A DNA stretch of 64,000 bases. Origin: Betaproteobacteria bacterium (GTDB lineage Bacteria > Pseudomonadota > Gammaproteobacteria > Burkholderiales > Eutrophovitaceae). Where the stretch lies: positions 2,950,302 through 3,014,301 of the forward strand of contig CP070775.1 in the NCBI GenBank assembly GCA_020346185.1. The letters are read 5' to 3'. This document shows, piece by piece, positions 45,698 through 56,347 of the stretch (its first letter is position 1; every line of letters starts with the position of its first letter). The position numbers and the translations under genes are program-made. The notes under the pieces were generated by a model that was not told the DNA's origin, ran no database searches, and saw only the letters and a program-made list of their open reading frames with translations.

Positions 45698-46196
45698 GGG
45701 CCGAAATTCGACGTCCTAGTCGCGCAAGCTGCTGGCCATGGCGTCGAGCGACTCGAAACGGTTCGCCAACAACATGGGCGTAGCGCTAGGATGGCTGGGC
45801 ATCAGGGGCCAAAGGTTGGGTAAAACTGTAAGTTTTTTGATACTCGCATGAACTTCCGGTTGGGACAATACGGACTCTTCGAGTAAAGTGAGGAGAACTA
45901 CGTGGCAGCATCGACGAATGGCATGCCCGTGCTTTCATTCACGGTAGTAGATCGCAGCGCATTGTCGTTCTCCTGGAGAAAGTGCTTTACAGTCGAATTC
46001 GGGAATCATGTGCAGCCCCGGGGGGCGGTTCCTCTTGCTCATGACACGAAATGCCGGTCGGTGGTGGCTGTAATGACACGCTCGGCGTTTCTGGGACTCA
46101 AATGGCAAAGATGGGCGAGTGCCATGTTTCTTAGTTATGGAAAGTTCAGTTGAATCCGTATTGGATTTCAAACGGGAAAACAAAGGGGAAAGAAAT

Positions 46197-47942
46197 ATGA
46201 AAAGCACAGATAGCCAACGATTGGTTGTCAGCGTTTGCGCACTGGCTTTCTTACTGTTGGCCGGCGTAACGGCGGCCAATGCAGCGAGCAAAATCGTGCA
46301 CGACGCCGAGTACTACATCCTCGAGGCGCAGCACGGAGACAAGTGGCGGGCTGAAGACCGACAACTCGGCAAAAAGCTGGCGCAACTGAGAAGGAAGTTT
46401 GGCCGGCCGCCCAATCTGATCCATATCATGTGGGATGACACGGCTTACGGTGATGTCGGCATTCCGGCGATCCAGAAAGTGCGCGGCCTCAACACACCCA
46501 ATCTGAATGCCATGGCCGCTGAGGGGATCCTGTTCACACGCATGTACACCGAAGTCGGGTGCACCCCCAGCCGCGCGGCGTCGGCCACCGGCCGTCTCGC
46601 GATCCGCAGTGGCATGTACAACATCGGCATGCTTCTCGAAATGCACGGCATGCGCAAGGAAGAGGTGACGATTGCCGAAGTGCTGTCCAAGGCCGGATAC
46701 GCCACAGCGTTCCACGGCAAGTGGCATCTCGGTGATATCGAGGAGAGCTATCCCCACAATCAGGGCTTTGATGAGGCCTTCTTCACCGGCTACAACCAGC
46801 TCCTTTCACTGAACAGCAAGATTGCCGAACGAGCCAATGCCTCGATCGGACTGCATGAAGACTTGCTGCCACCGGACCCCTACAAGCTCGATGACACATT
46901 CGTTACCAAGGGGTGGGTGCAAATCGCCGAAGGCAAGAAAGGTCAGAAAGCGCGCCAGTGGGGCGACAATTCCCATGAGACCTATCTGAAGATCGATCCT
47001 GAGGCACAGCGGCGCACGCTGAAATTCATCGAGCGCAATGCCAAGGCCGGCAAGCCGTTCTACGTCGCCAACTGGCCGATGCTGGAGAGTTTTCTGCCCA
47101 ATCCCAAGAAATGCTCGGTGGCGCGAAGTCTTTTGCAGGGTGGCCTGGAATGCAATATCGATCCTTTCGTCGGACAACTGATGGCCAAGCTGAAGGAACT
47201 CGGTATTGCCGAGAACACGCTGGTGATTGCCATGGCCGATAACGGGCCCATGAGCCACAACCCGCCGCCGGGCGTGGGTATGGCCGAGACAATCTTCCGG
47301 GGCGGCAAGGGTGACTTTCTCGAGGGTGGCATTCGTGTGCCGGCCTCGGCCTGGTGGCCGGGCGTCATCAAGCCCGGGCAGTTGGTTGGCGACATCATTC
47401 ACGAAACCGATTTGTTTACCACGTTCGCCAGGCTGGCCGGTGCCATGCAGCATATCCCCGGCGATCGCGTCATTGACGGCATTGACCAGACCGCGTTGCT
47501 GATGAAAGGCGACACCAACGGCCGCCGCGATCATGTCTTCATCTACGCCGGGCCGCGGCTTGGTGCAACTGTCAAAGGCAATTACAAGCGCCACTGGATA
47601 TCACCGGACCCGGTTGGTGAGGCGAGCGGAATCCCTGCTGCTTTCTATTTCCTGCCTGCGGATCCGCGCGAAAAAACACCGATGCTGACGAACCTGATCC
47701 ACTTGAAAAGCCCGTTCAATCGAATGCGGCTGCGTCACGAGTTGTGGAAGCGTAAATATCCGGATGCCAAGGAGGTGCACGGCATACCCTGGACCGGCAT
47801 CGAGAATGCCACGCCCGAGATCAAGGCGCTCGCCAGGCCGAAAATGGATATCAAGAAACTGCCGTTCGACCCGCTGGAGTACATCGAGCACCTCGATCAA
47901 CTGCCCTTTGACCCGAATCTGGATCCGGATGTCGGCAGATAA
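46197..47942 (+). CDS. Cys-type arylsulfatase family protein (exported), paralog of 29480-31189
   Basis: Start at MKSTDSQRLVVSVCALAFLLLAGVTAANA (signal peptide). PNLIHIMWDDTAYGDVG, CTPSRAASATGR, GKWHLGD. Confidence 0.88.
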   Translation: MKSTDSQRLVVSVCALAFLLLAGVTAANAASKIVHDAEYYILEAQHGDKWRAEDRQLGKKLAQLRRKFGRPPNLIHIMWDDTAYGDVGIPAIQKVRGLNTPNLNAMAAEGILFTRMYTEVGCTPSRAASATGRLAIRSGMYNIGMLLEMHGMRKEEVTIAEVLSKAGYATAFHGKWHLGDIEESYPHNQGFDEAFFTGYNQLLSLNSKIAERANASIGLHEDLLPPDPYKLDDTFVTKGWVQIAEGKKGQKARQWGDNSHETYLKIDPEAQRRTLKFIERNAKAGKPFYVANWPMLESFLPNPKKCSVARSLLQGGLECNIDPFVGQLMAKLKELGIAENTLVIAMADNGPMSHNPPPGVGMAETIFRGGKGDFLEGGIRVPASAWWPGVIKPGQLVGDIIHETDLFTTFARLAGAMQHIPGDRVIDGIDQTALLMKGDTNGRRDHVFIYAGPRLGATVKGNYKRHWISPDPVGEASGIPAAFYFLPADPREKTPMLTNLIHLKSPFNRMRLRHELWKRKYPDAKEVHGIPWTGIENATPEIKALARPKMDIKKLPFDPLEYIEHLDQLPFDPNLDPDVGR

Positions 47943-48054
47943 GCTGCGCCACGGAAGCCGTTGCCCTGTTTTGACGCGACGGCTTCTGGCGATTCGGGCC
48001 AGAAGGAATCGCCACGGGGGAAAGGTCATCTACCATTTTGTGAAAAGGCATCGT

Positions 48055-49728
48055 ATGCACTGGATCGCAGCCGCGCTGACCATGCTGGTCGTTCCGGCGG
48101 CAAGTGCTTTTGCCGCCAGCGAGCCTGCAGGACCACCCGTCCGGTTGGTGCTGCAGATCACCATCGACGGATTACGGGGCGATCTGATCAGCCGCTATAC
48201 AAATGGTTTTGGTGAAGGTGGCTTCCGGTATCTGCTCGACAGTGGGACTGTTTACAACAATGTCCATTACCAACACGCCAATACCGAAACCATTGTCGGT
48301 CATACGACACTGGCAACCGGCGCTTTTCCGTCGCGGCACGGAATGGTCGGCAACGTCTGGTTCGACCGCGAAGCAGGCGAACTTGCCTACAACATCGAAG
48401 ACGCGGATGCGCCACTACTAGCGAGCCGCGAGGAAACTAGCGAAGGAGAGCAGGTCGATCCGGCACAGAGACGGGCACGCACGACGGGGCGTTCACCGCG
48501 GGCGATCCTGGCACCCACTCTGGGTGACACACTGTCTGCCTACTACGCGGGCCGTTCAAAAGTGTTCGGTGTGTCGGGCAAGGACCGCAGTGCCGTATCA
48601 ATGGCCGGTCATACCGGCAAGGCATTCTGGTTCTCTACCGACAACGGTGACTTCGTAACCAGCAAGTATTACTACGACACTTATCCAGACTGGGTGCGTC
48701 GCTGGAATGGCCAGCGGAAAGCGGAAAAATATGCTGGCACGCAATGGCGATTGTCCACAGAGCTAAATACCTACCTGCTCGCAGGGCAGGACGACCGTCC
48801 TTACGAAATGGACCTCAAGGGATTCGGACGTACTTTCCCTCATCGTTTCGGGAACACCGATGACAAGCTGTTCACTACGCAGCTATTAGTCAGCCCGGTC
48901 GGAGACGAACTTGCTCTCGATTTCTCCAAGGCGCTCATCGTCAACGAGCAATTGGGCCGCGACCCGGTACCGGACTATCTTTCGATCAGTTTCTCATCGG
49001 TGGATGCAGTCAATCACTTCTTTGGGCCGTCGAGCCTGGAGAATGAAGAAGTGGTGCGCCGGCTCGATCACACACTGGCCGACTTGATCGAGTTTATCGA
49101 CAGGAGCGTAGGGCTGGAATACACCCTGATTGTGCTTTCGGCGGATCACGGCATGGCAGACATGCCGGAATACATGAGCGCGCTCGGTTACGACGCGGGC
49201 AGACTGGTTCCTGCCGAGATCGTTGCGACGGCCAACGAAGCCGGACGGCGGCTTGGTGTCGATGAAGTCGTGCGCTTCTTCTACCGGCCGTATATGTACC
49301 TTAATGAAGAACGCATCGTCGCAGCGAAACTCGATCACGCAAGAGTCGCAGACGCTGTTGCCGAAGCGCTGACCGATTTGGAAGGGGTGGAAGTGGCGGT
49401 AGCCACTGGAAATGCGGACACGCGCCACGACAGTTCATTGCATGATCAGGTGCGACGTAACCAGCACGCGACACGGTCCGGCGACATTTACGTGATCCAG
49501 CGGCCCTACTGGTTTCTCTTCGACGAAGGTCCAATACCGGCCATGCATGGCTCGCCGTGGCGTTACGATACGCACGTGCCAATCATTTTCTGTGGGCCGG
49601 AAATCGATGCGCGGTCGGTTCATAGGCTCGTGCACCCGGTAGACGTGGCGCCGACGATTGCCGCTTTTCTGGGAATGACGCCGCCGGCTGCATCAGACGG
49701 CAAATCTTTGACAGAAGTGCTCAAGTAA
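48055..49728 (+). CDS. Alkaline-phosphatase-superfamily enzyme (type I phosphodiesterase / nucleotide pyrophosphatase-like), exported
   Basis: Start at MHWIAAALTMLVVPAASAFA. ITIDGLRGD, ANTETIVGHTTLATGAFPSRHGMVGN, LSADHGM. The upstream part of track ORF 47764-49728 overlaps the sulfatase and looks non-coding. Confidence 0.85.
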   Translation: MHWIAAALTMLVVPAASAFAASEPAGPPVRLVLQITIDGLRGDLISRYTNGFGEGGFRYLLDSGTVYNNVHYQHANTETIVGHTTLATGAFPSRHGMVGNVWFDREAGELAYNIEDADAPLLASREETSEGEQVDPAQRRARTTGRSPRAILAPTLGDTLSAYYAGRSKVFGVSGKDRSAVSMAGHTGKAFWFSTDNGDFVTSKYYYDTYPDWVRRWNGQRKAEKYAGTQWRLSTELNTYLLAGQDDRPYEMDLKGFGRTFPHRFGNTDDKLFTTQLLVSPVGDELALDFSKALIVNEQLGRDPVPDYLSISFSSVDAVNHFFGPSSLENEEVVRRLDHTLADLIEFIDRSVGLEYTLIVLSADHGMADMPEYMSALGYDAGRLVPAEIVATANEAGRRLGVDEVVRFFYRPYMYLNEERIVAAKLDHARVADAVAEALTDLEGVEVAVATGNADTRHDSSLHDQVRRNQHATRSGDIYVIQRPYWFLFDEGPIPAMHGSPWRYDTHVPIIFCGPEIDARSVHRLVHPVDVAPTIAAFLGMTPPAASDGKSLTEVLK

Positions 49729-49748
49729 GCAAGGGTAGTGCAGCGAGT

Positions 49749-49764
49749 TGCCTCTCAAGAGGCA
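49749..49764 (+). terminator. Weak hairpin between the phosphodiesterase gene and the next gene (possible attenuator/terminator)
   Basis: TGCCTC-TCAA-GAGGCA, a 6-bp stem with no clear T tract. Confidence 0.25.
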
Positions 49765-49791
49765 GCGTTCATTAAATTGAGGAGTGTCCCA

Positions 49792-50295
49792 ATGCGTTCG
49801 TTCGCGCGTCGATTCTTGACAATTTCCATTGTCGCCTCATTCCTTCTGTTATTGGTGCCAGCTTTGGCAGCGGCCGAGGAGTCCGAGGGAGGGGAAATCC
49901 ACGGCCATGAGGAACACGGCAAGCACGCGTTGGCCCTGTTCGTCGGCGTGACGCGGGAGCACGGTCATGACCTGGCGACATTGGGTATTGAGTATTCATA
50001 CCGTATCCACAGGCTGTGGTCGATGGGGGCAGTGATCGAGCGCGCAGATCGATCCAGGGATTCGACACTCGCGATCGTGTTTGCGCACCTGTGGCCGTAC
50101 AAGGGCTTGTTCCTTGGGGCAGGTATTGGCCGTAAGGACCCGGGAGACGAACGCGAGAACACGGTGCGAGCGACCATCGGATACGAGATCGAGATCGCTG
50201 GAGGGTGGTCGATTGCGCCTAGCGCGAATCTGGACATGATCGACAATGCAGAAGATGAGGAGGTCTACGGGCTGTCCATCGGCAGGCGCTTTTGA
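49792..50295 (+). CDS. Small exported protein with a His/Glu-rich N-terminus and beta-barrel-like C-terminus ending in Phe
   Basis: GAGGAG SD. MRSFARRFLTISIVASFLLLLVPALAAAEESEGGEIHGHEEHGKH...GLSIGRRF. Confidence 0.55.
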   Translation: MRSFARRFLTISIVASFLLLLVPALAAAEESEGGEIHGHEEHGKHALALFVGVTREHGHDLATLGIEYSYRIHRLWSMGAVIERADRSRDSTLAIVFAHLWPYKGLFLGAGIGRKDPGDERENTVRATIGYEIEIAGGWSIAPSANLDMIDNAEDEEVYGLSIGRRF

Positions 50296-50342
50296 GGGCT
50301 TGCCCTAACTGGGGACCAGGATTTCGCGGCGGCATTGTCCCA

Positions 50343-51795
50343 ATGAAAGTTCTTGGTCTTCTTCGCATAGCCATCGTTTGCGGATCGTCGTCGCGTGCGC
50401 AACGACCATTCCCGCCAGTGAACGAGAACAGGCGCGCCAAGAGCTGAATGATCGCGCCGAAGAGACGCTGGCTCTGCTGCTCGACAAGAAACCGGCGCTT
50501 CAGGAATTGGTTGATTCTGCGCTCAGATACTTTGTCGTACGGGTGTCAGCCGCGCAGGTGGCGGTGATCCGTGGGGGTGTCGGGCTCGGCGTCTTGTCCG
50601 ACAAGGAAGCAGGCACCCGAACCTACATGAACGTCACGCGTTACGGCTTTGGCATGGGTGTAGGGGCGGCGCTTTGCGCGCCGTTTTTTTGTTCCAGAGT
50701 CGCGACGCCATCCGAGCAGTTCGGGGCGGGAACCTTGAAATCCAGGTTGAACGCCGAGACGGCCGCAGGAACCGCGGGTACGGCAACGCGCGCTTACTTT
50801 GAAGGTGCGTCGGTCCACGTCATTGCGGAGAGCGGTGCGGCGGTCACGGTAATGGCGCGTTTTATCAGAGTTTCCGTAAACACCGATTTGACGGATACCG
50901 GTTTGTCCGAGACACGTCTTCCCGATATCGGCCTTACTGCGGTCGATGAATACGGGGAGGATGCCCCAAGGGTCTGGAACCGGATGCTTCCGTTTCTCGC
51001 CCAGAAAGCGATCGATCGGGGATATGAAAATCCGCTGCGATAAGGCATTGGTTTGACACTTGTGCATGTCAATCAGGATTTACTGCCGAGCGAGTTCAAC
51101 GTGGGCATTAATGGCCGCCAGCAGAAGCCATTCGAGTTTGTCGGTTTCAAGACGGCAGCCTCGGAAACCGACGGCGTGCAGCTGAAGTTTGACACGTGGT
51201 TGTTTCATTTCATGAACGTGTTCGCATTGCTGGGCAGGATCGACGGCGATGCGCTGGTGGGTTTGGCGCTCGATGGCAACGCTATGTTCGAGCACCTCGG
51301 CATAGCTGTCCGTCTCCGAAACCGCCTTGCCCGCTGCTTCAGGATCAGGCTTTTGAGTTGCCGACGATCACTTCATAGTATCGAGGAACAACCTACGGCC
51401 TCGGCACCGTACTCGCAGCGGGCTGGAACAACTGGTTCGTAACCTTGCCGTGCAGCGTTGACGATGCCGACTATTGAGGGCAAGGGTGTCGATGGGCGTT
51501 CGTCTACCGCGACCCCAGAGTGGGGCGAATCGTGAATCTCGGTGACAATGGCAATCTGGCGTTGTTCGTGACTGGCAATTACCTCAAGGCAGACTTAACG
51601 ATTTCATGGCAGGTATCCACGCCTGATGGGCAGATAGTCATCGACTACACGTTCGCGGAGAAAAACAAGGACGGTTGGAATGCTGTTGTGGGCGCCAGTT
51701 GGGATAGCAGCAAGCGATGGTCAATTATGGCCGAGTACAACGGCTTTATCGGGTCGCGTGAGACGTTCACTGCGTCTCTGGCGCGAAGATTCTAG
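50343..51795 (+). pseudogene. Degraded lipoprotein/outer-membrane gene (SYLF-like N-terminal region + beta-barrel-like C-terminus) with several frameshifts and an in-frame TAA (51041-51043)
   Basis: ATG 50343 gives MKVLGLLRIAIV..., then the frame shifts to VVACATTIPASEREQARQELNDRAEETL...GGVGLGVL (SYLF-like). ORFs 50378-51043 and 51053-51442 are in the same frame, separated only by the TAA (...YENPLR*GIGLTLVHVNQD...). The last part (51520-51795, ...FTASLARRF) is in yet another frame. Confidence 0.5.
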
Positions 51796-52010
51796 GCTAT
51801 CCATCGTGGCACCTGAATCTGCTTCCTTCAAGGTAACGCAGGATAACAGTGAGAAACTTGCGGCGGAGCTCGATGCCGTAGAATGAGTATCTGGTCCCGG
51901 AACAGGGTAAGTGATTCCCTTCAGAGCTGAAACCCGTTTCGGACATGACCGCAGCCAGCACTAAGCGCGCCGCCTGCCATAATGGTGTATCGAACAGAGT
52001 GGGGAGAGAG

Positions 52011-52775
52011 TTGAAACCTGTATGTCTAGTCATTGGCGCCGGTGCCGGCATCGGTGGTCATGTCGCGAAACGATTCGCGAAAGAGGGGTATCACGCTTGC
52101 TTGTGCCGCCGCACTGATCAAGCCGGGCTGAAGATATTGGTTGAGGCGATCCAGAGAGAAGGCGGCTCGGCTTGCGGTTTTCTGGTGAACGCAGTCGAAC
52201 CGGACAGCATTGAAGAGCGCGTTGCCGCCATCGAATCGGACATCGGCCCGATCGAAGTGGTGGTCTACAACCTTGGCGCACAGATTGGTGACCGGTCACT
52301 GGCGCAAACCAGCTACAAAGCCTTTGAGCGCTGCTGGCGTTTGGCCACTTTCGGGCTGTTCAGAGTGGCATCGGTGGTGTGCCCGTTGATGGAGACACGC
52401 GGCAACGGAACAATACTGGTGACTTCGGCGACTGCCGCGATGCGTGGTAACGGCGGGCAACATGCGCACGCGTCTGCAATGGCCGGCCGGCGTATGCTGT
52501 GTCAGTCTCTCAATGCGGAGTTCGCGCCTAAGGGAATCCACGTTGCGCATGTGCTGATCGATGGCTCTGTTGATGCACCGGATACTCTGGGTAAGATGCT
52601 GGGCCCGGAGAAGTTCAAAGAGCTTAGAGAAATGCGTGGCATGGAGCATGATGGCTTGGTGCTGCCTGAGAAGGTTGCCGAAACCTACGTGCATCTTGCG
52701 CAGCAGCACCGATCCGCATGGACCTTTGAGATCGATTTGCGATCGTTCTCGGATATGCCGTGGTGGAATCACTGA
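52011..52775 (+). CDS. SDR-family oxidoreductase
   Basis: CLVIGAGAGIGGHVAKRFAKEG Rossmann motif. Likely TTG start at 52011 after GGGGAGAGAG (track ORF starts at 51945). Confidence 0.85.
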   Translation: MKPVCLVIGAGAGIGGHVAKRFAKEGYHACLCRRTDQAGLKILVEAIQREGGSACGFLVNAVEPDSIEERVAAIESDIGPIEVVVYNLGAQIGDRSLAQTSYKAFERCWRLATFGLFRVASVVCPLMETRGNGTILVTSATAAMRGNGGQHAHASAMAGRRMLCQSLNAEFAPKGIHVAHVLIDGSVDAPDTLGKMLGPEKFKELREMRGMEHDGLVLPEKVAETYVHLAQQHRSAWTFEIDLRSFSDMPWWNH

Positions 52776-52853
52776 TAGGTATCAACATATAACTGTAGCT
52801 TTCGGTTTACGATGGTCGCGAAACTGCCACAAAACCTTCAGGATGAATCTGCA

Positions 52854-54233
52854 ATGCCCAAGAAACTGTTGTCAGCAGACGAGCGGTATGACTACGGTAA
52901 TAGCCTCCGCGAAAAAACGCCTTTGGAAAGCCACACCGAATGGTTGCCCGGCGCGAGCCGCAAGGACCCGGTCAAGCTGATCGAAGAGCAAAATGAGGAC
53001 CGTATCCCCTGGCTGATTCCAGTGCGTCGCGCGCGGATGTCTGTGTCTCCATTTGCTTTCTACCGGGGCACTGCGCGGATTATGGCCCACGACCTGGCGG
53101 GTTCGCCCGTCTCGGGCATAAACACCCAGATATGTGGTGATGCACACTTGGCAAATTTCGGAGCTTATGCGTCGCCTGAACGCCGTTTGGTGTTCGATCT
53201 CAATGACTTTGACGAGACGCTGCCGGGACCCTGGGAGTGGGATGTCAAGCGTCTCGCGGCAAGCTTCGTTCTCGCCGGACGCCACAATGGTCTCAGCAAG
53301 AAAGAAACGCGCAAAGTGACCGAGCGTGTCGTGCGAAGCTATCGCCAGTCGATGCAAAAGATGGCGGGCATGCGTGTCGTTGAAATCTGGAACAGCCTGA
53401 TCGAAGCGGAAGAGCTCCTGCTGCTGCTTGAACAAAAGAAACTGAAGAAGAAGGCTCAATCAGGCATAAAAAAAACTATGACCAAGGACAGCATGCATGC
53501 CCTTCAAAAGCTTGCCGAAGAGGTCGACGGCAAATATCGCATCCGCAGTGAGCGGCCGTTAATCATTCCAGTCCGGGAAATTAGAAGGAAGTATCGTGGT
53601 GAAGATGTCCGCACCCTGGCGATGAATGCGTTTGAGGAGTATAAGGAGACGGTTCCAGATCACATCAGCCATCTGCTTGGCAAATACCGGGTAGTCGATT
53701 TCGCCGTCAAGGTTGTCGGTGTTGGAAGCGTTGGCACTCGTTGTTTCATTGTCCTTCTCGAGGGCCGCGACCGGCACGATCCGCTTTTCCTGCAAATTAA
53801 GCAGGCCACCAAATCGGTTCTCGAAGAACATCTGCCTAACAGCCCGTATCGGAATCCGGCCAGAAGAGTGGTGGAAGGCCAGCTTCTGATGCAGACGGTC
53901 AGTGACATCTTTCTCGGCTACAACAAGGCCACAACTCACGGCCACAGCTACTATTGGCGCCAACTGAAAGACTGGAAAGGATCCGCTGACGTGGACAGCG
54001 CTACCGTGGAGGAGCTGAATGCGTATTCGCAAACCCGCGGTTGGACTCTTGCCCGAGCGCACGCGCGAACCGGCGATCCGATCGCGATCGCAGGCTACCT
54101 CGGTGAAGGAAAAACAATTGATCGTGCGATTACCACATTTGCCGAACAGTACGCTCATCAATGCGAGCAGGACTACGCGAAATTTGTGTCAGAAATTGAA
54201 GATGGTCGGCTGGAAGCGGCGGAAATAGAGTAA
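52854..54233 (+). CDS. DUF2252-domain protein
   Basis: Start at MPKKLLSADERYDYG. RMSVSPFAFYRGTARIMAHDLA, CGDAHLANFG, FDLNDFDETLPGPWEWDVKRLAAS. Confidence 0.8.
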   Translation: MPKKLLSADERYDYGNSLREKTPLESHTEWLPGASRKDPVKLIEEQNEDRIPWLIPVRRARMSVSPFAFYRGTARIMAHDLAGSPVSGINTQICGDAHLANFGAYASPERRLVFDLNDFDETLPGPWEWDVKRLAASFVLAGRHNGLSKKETRKVTERVVRSYRQSMQKMAGMRVVEIWNSLIEAEELLLLLEQKKLKKKAQSGIKKTMTKDSMHALQKLAEEVDGKYRIRSERPLIIPVREIRRKYRGEDVRTLAMNAFEEYKETVPDHISHLLGKYRVVDFAVKVVGVGSVGTRCFIVLLEGRDRHDPLFLQIKQATKSVLEEHLPNSPYRNPARRVVEGQLLMQTVSDIFLGYNKATTHGHSYYWRQLKDWKGSADVDSATVEELNAYSQTRGWTLARAHARTGDPIAIAGYLGEGKTIDRAITTFAEQYAHQCEQDYAKFVSEIEDGRLEAAEIE

Positions 54234-54359
54234 CGTGCGTCGATGGTGTTGCGCGGTGGTGGGAACAGCGTTAGCGTGTCTTGCGCAGCCGTGAACCATG
54301 TTCTTGGTAGCGAACACGAGGGTTTCAACGCAAGTGATGCAAGCAGTCAGGGGGAGGCT

Positions 54360-56090
54360 GTGAGCAGAGTATTTTTGGCGGTGTCGTTGCTTTTATCGGG
54401 GCTTCTAATAGTCGCTTGCAGTGACGTGACCGACGATAACGCTGCACCAGGCAACAACGGAATGACCTTGCTGGTGAATGCGGACATTGTGACGATGAAT
54501 CCGCAAAACCCGGTCGCGGACGCCATGGCGTTTCGTGGCGATCGTATCGTGGCCGTAGGTGCTGAAGCCCAGGTCCGCGATGCACTAATAGGCTACCAGC
54601 GGTTCTTTGACCTCGAAGGTCGCACCATCGTGCCGGGGTTTATCGAGAGCCACGATCACCTGTTCATGAGTAGCGGGACGACGCTGCTCGCTGATATCTC
54701 ACCATTTACAACGCCGACTCTTGAGGCGGCACTCAAGAAACTGTCTGCGGTGGAACCAGACGATGATGGTTGGGTCGTCGCGTTCGGGGCCGATCAGACG
54801 CTTTACGGGGAAGGTCGGGGGCCGACCAGTGATGTGCTCGATCCTCTATTTCCGGAAACGCCGGTCGTCGTGTTTCACCTAAGCGGACATGCCGCATTCA
54901 TGAATAGCGAGGCGATGCGTCGAGTCGGGCTCGACAAGTCGACGCCCAATCCGCAGGGCGGCTTCTACGAAAAAGACTCTGACGGAAAACTAACAGGTTA
55001 CCTATCCGGTCAACCGGCATTCTTGCATCTCAGGCCCTATCCAAGTGTGACGCCAGAGTCAGCGGTTGCAGCGTCGCTGGACCGTGCCGCCAAAGGGATT
55101 ACTACTTCCTCCGAATTCGCGATCATGAATGCGTTCATCCTGGATGGACTACGACGAGCGACTGAAGCTCCCGGTTTTGCTACACGGGTTGTTGGCGGCT
55201 ATTTCTCGACCGCATCTGACTATGAGGAAATGGTACCGCGTCTGGGTAATTACGAGACTGATCTGCTAAAGATTCGATTCATTAAAACCTGGACCGACGG
55301 CTCGGCGCAAGGTGGAACAGCATACCTGCGTGACGGATACTATGATCCCACCATGGGCAAGGGCGGAGCACAAGGTTCACAGGAGTATTTCAACGATCTG
55401 GTGCTGGATATATACCAGCGCGGCTACTGGCCGGCAATCCATGCCAATGGAGACGGCGCAACGGATGTCGCTTTGAATGCACTCGAATACGCTCAAGGCG
55501 AAGTCGGTCCTGATGTTTCGGCGCAGATCAGGCCGCAGATCATCCATGCGCAGGTAACGAGGAAGGAACAGCTCGAACGAATGGCAGAGCTCAAGGCGTT
55601 GCCGACATTTTTCACCACACACGTCTATTACTGGGGCGATCTGCACTATGAGCGAACGGTTGGTCCCCAGTTGGCACAGCGGCTTAGCGCCATGAACGAT
55701 GCATTCAGTGCGGGTTTGGCTGCGTCCATGCACAACGATCCCCCCGTGACGCCTGCTGACCCCCTCTCCAATATGTGGATTGCGGTCAATCGCAGATCGA
55801 GTTCCGGTCGCGTTCTGGGCGCCGACCAGGCAATTACGCCTTTGCAGGCGCTCCAGGCATACACGACGAACGCGGCCTATCAGTTTGGAATGGAAGATGA
55901 AGCGGGCTCACTCGAAGTTGGCAAGCTCGCCGACTTTGCCGTCCTCGACCGCAATCCACTCAAAGTTGACCCGGACGAGATTCGAAACGTGCGTGTGCTC
56001 AACACCGTCCTTGGGGGGCGGCTTACGTACTCGGCAGGTGTGTTATACGACCGCGTCGATCCGCTTGGGGCGCAGGTCGGCAAGAGGTAG
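54360..56090 (+). CDS. Amidohydrolase-family (Amidohydro_3 / YtcJ-like) metal-dependent hydrolase, lipoprotein
   Basis: GTG 54360 after GGGGAGG gives VSRVFLAVSLLLSGLLIVAC (lipobox). GRTIVPGFIESHDHLF, AIHANGDGA, HNDPPV. Confidence 0.85.
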   Translation: MSRVFLAVSLLLSGLLIVACSDVTDDNAAPGNNGMTLLVNADIVTMNPQNPVADAMAFRGDRIVAVGAEAQVRDALIGYQRFFDLEGRTIVPGFIESHDHLFMSSGTTLLADISPFTTPTLEAALKKLSAVEPDDDGWVVAFGADQTLYGEGRGPTSDVLDPLFPETPVVVFHLSGHAAFMNSEAMRRVGLDKSTPNPQGGFYEKDSDGKLTGYLSGQPAFLHLRPYPSVTPESAVAASLDRAAKGITTSSEFAIMNAFILDGLRRATEAPGFATRVVGGYFSTASDYEEMVPRLGNYETDLLKIRFIKTWTDGSAQGGTAYLRDGYYDPTMGKGGAQGSQEYFNDLVLDIYQRGYWPAIHANGDGATDVALNALEYAQGEVGPDVSAQIRPQIIHAQVTRKEQLERMAELKALPTFFTTHVYYWGDLHYERTVGPQLAQRLSAMNDAFSAGLAASMHNDPPVTPADPLSNMWIAVNRRSSSGRVLGADQAITPLQALQAYTTNAAYQFGMEDEAGSLEVGKLADFAVLDRNPLKVDPDEIRNVRVLNTVLGGRLTYSAGVLYDRVDPLGAQVGKR

Positions 56091-56347
56091 AGCACAACGC
56101 GCGTAAGATTCCTCAGGGATTGCAGATGCGGAATCTGACCCTATGCCCAGAGTGTGTTTCGCACGCGTTTCTTGCCCGGACCGTGCGTGACCAGCCCTCG
56201 AATCGTAGCCAATCGCGTAATGCTGAATAGGAAGCATTACTAAGCACAAACTCAAATTCGAGATGCTCAACCAGATCCTGATAAACCATTCTAATGAGTT
56301 TTAGATCGATGGTTCATGCCGGAGCGATGTCCTTCGGACTGTGATCC

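Noticed and set aside
45935-46040. Minus-strand peptide MSKRNRPPGLHMIPEFDCKALSPGERQ..., faintly reminiscent of IS3-family OrfA N-termini.
   Set aside because: The similarity is too short and weak. No transposase body or inverted repeats are nearby.
47764-48054. N-terminal extension of the phosphodiesterase ORF, overlapping the end of sulfatase 2.
   Set aside because: It is an Arg-rich, non-protein-like sequence. A proper signal peptide begins at ATG 48055.
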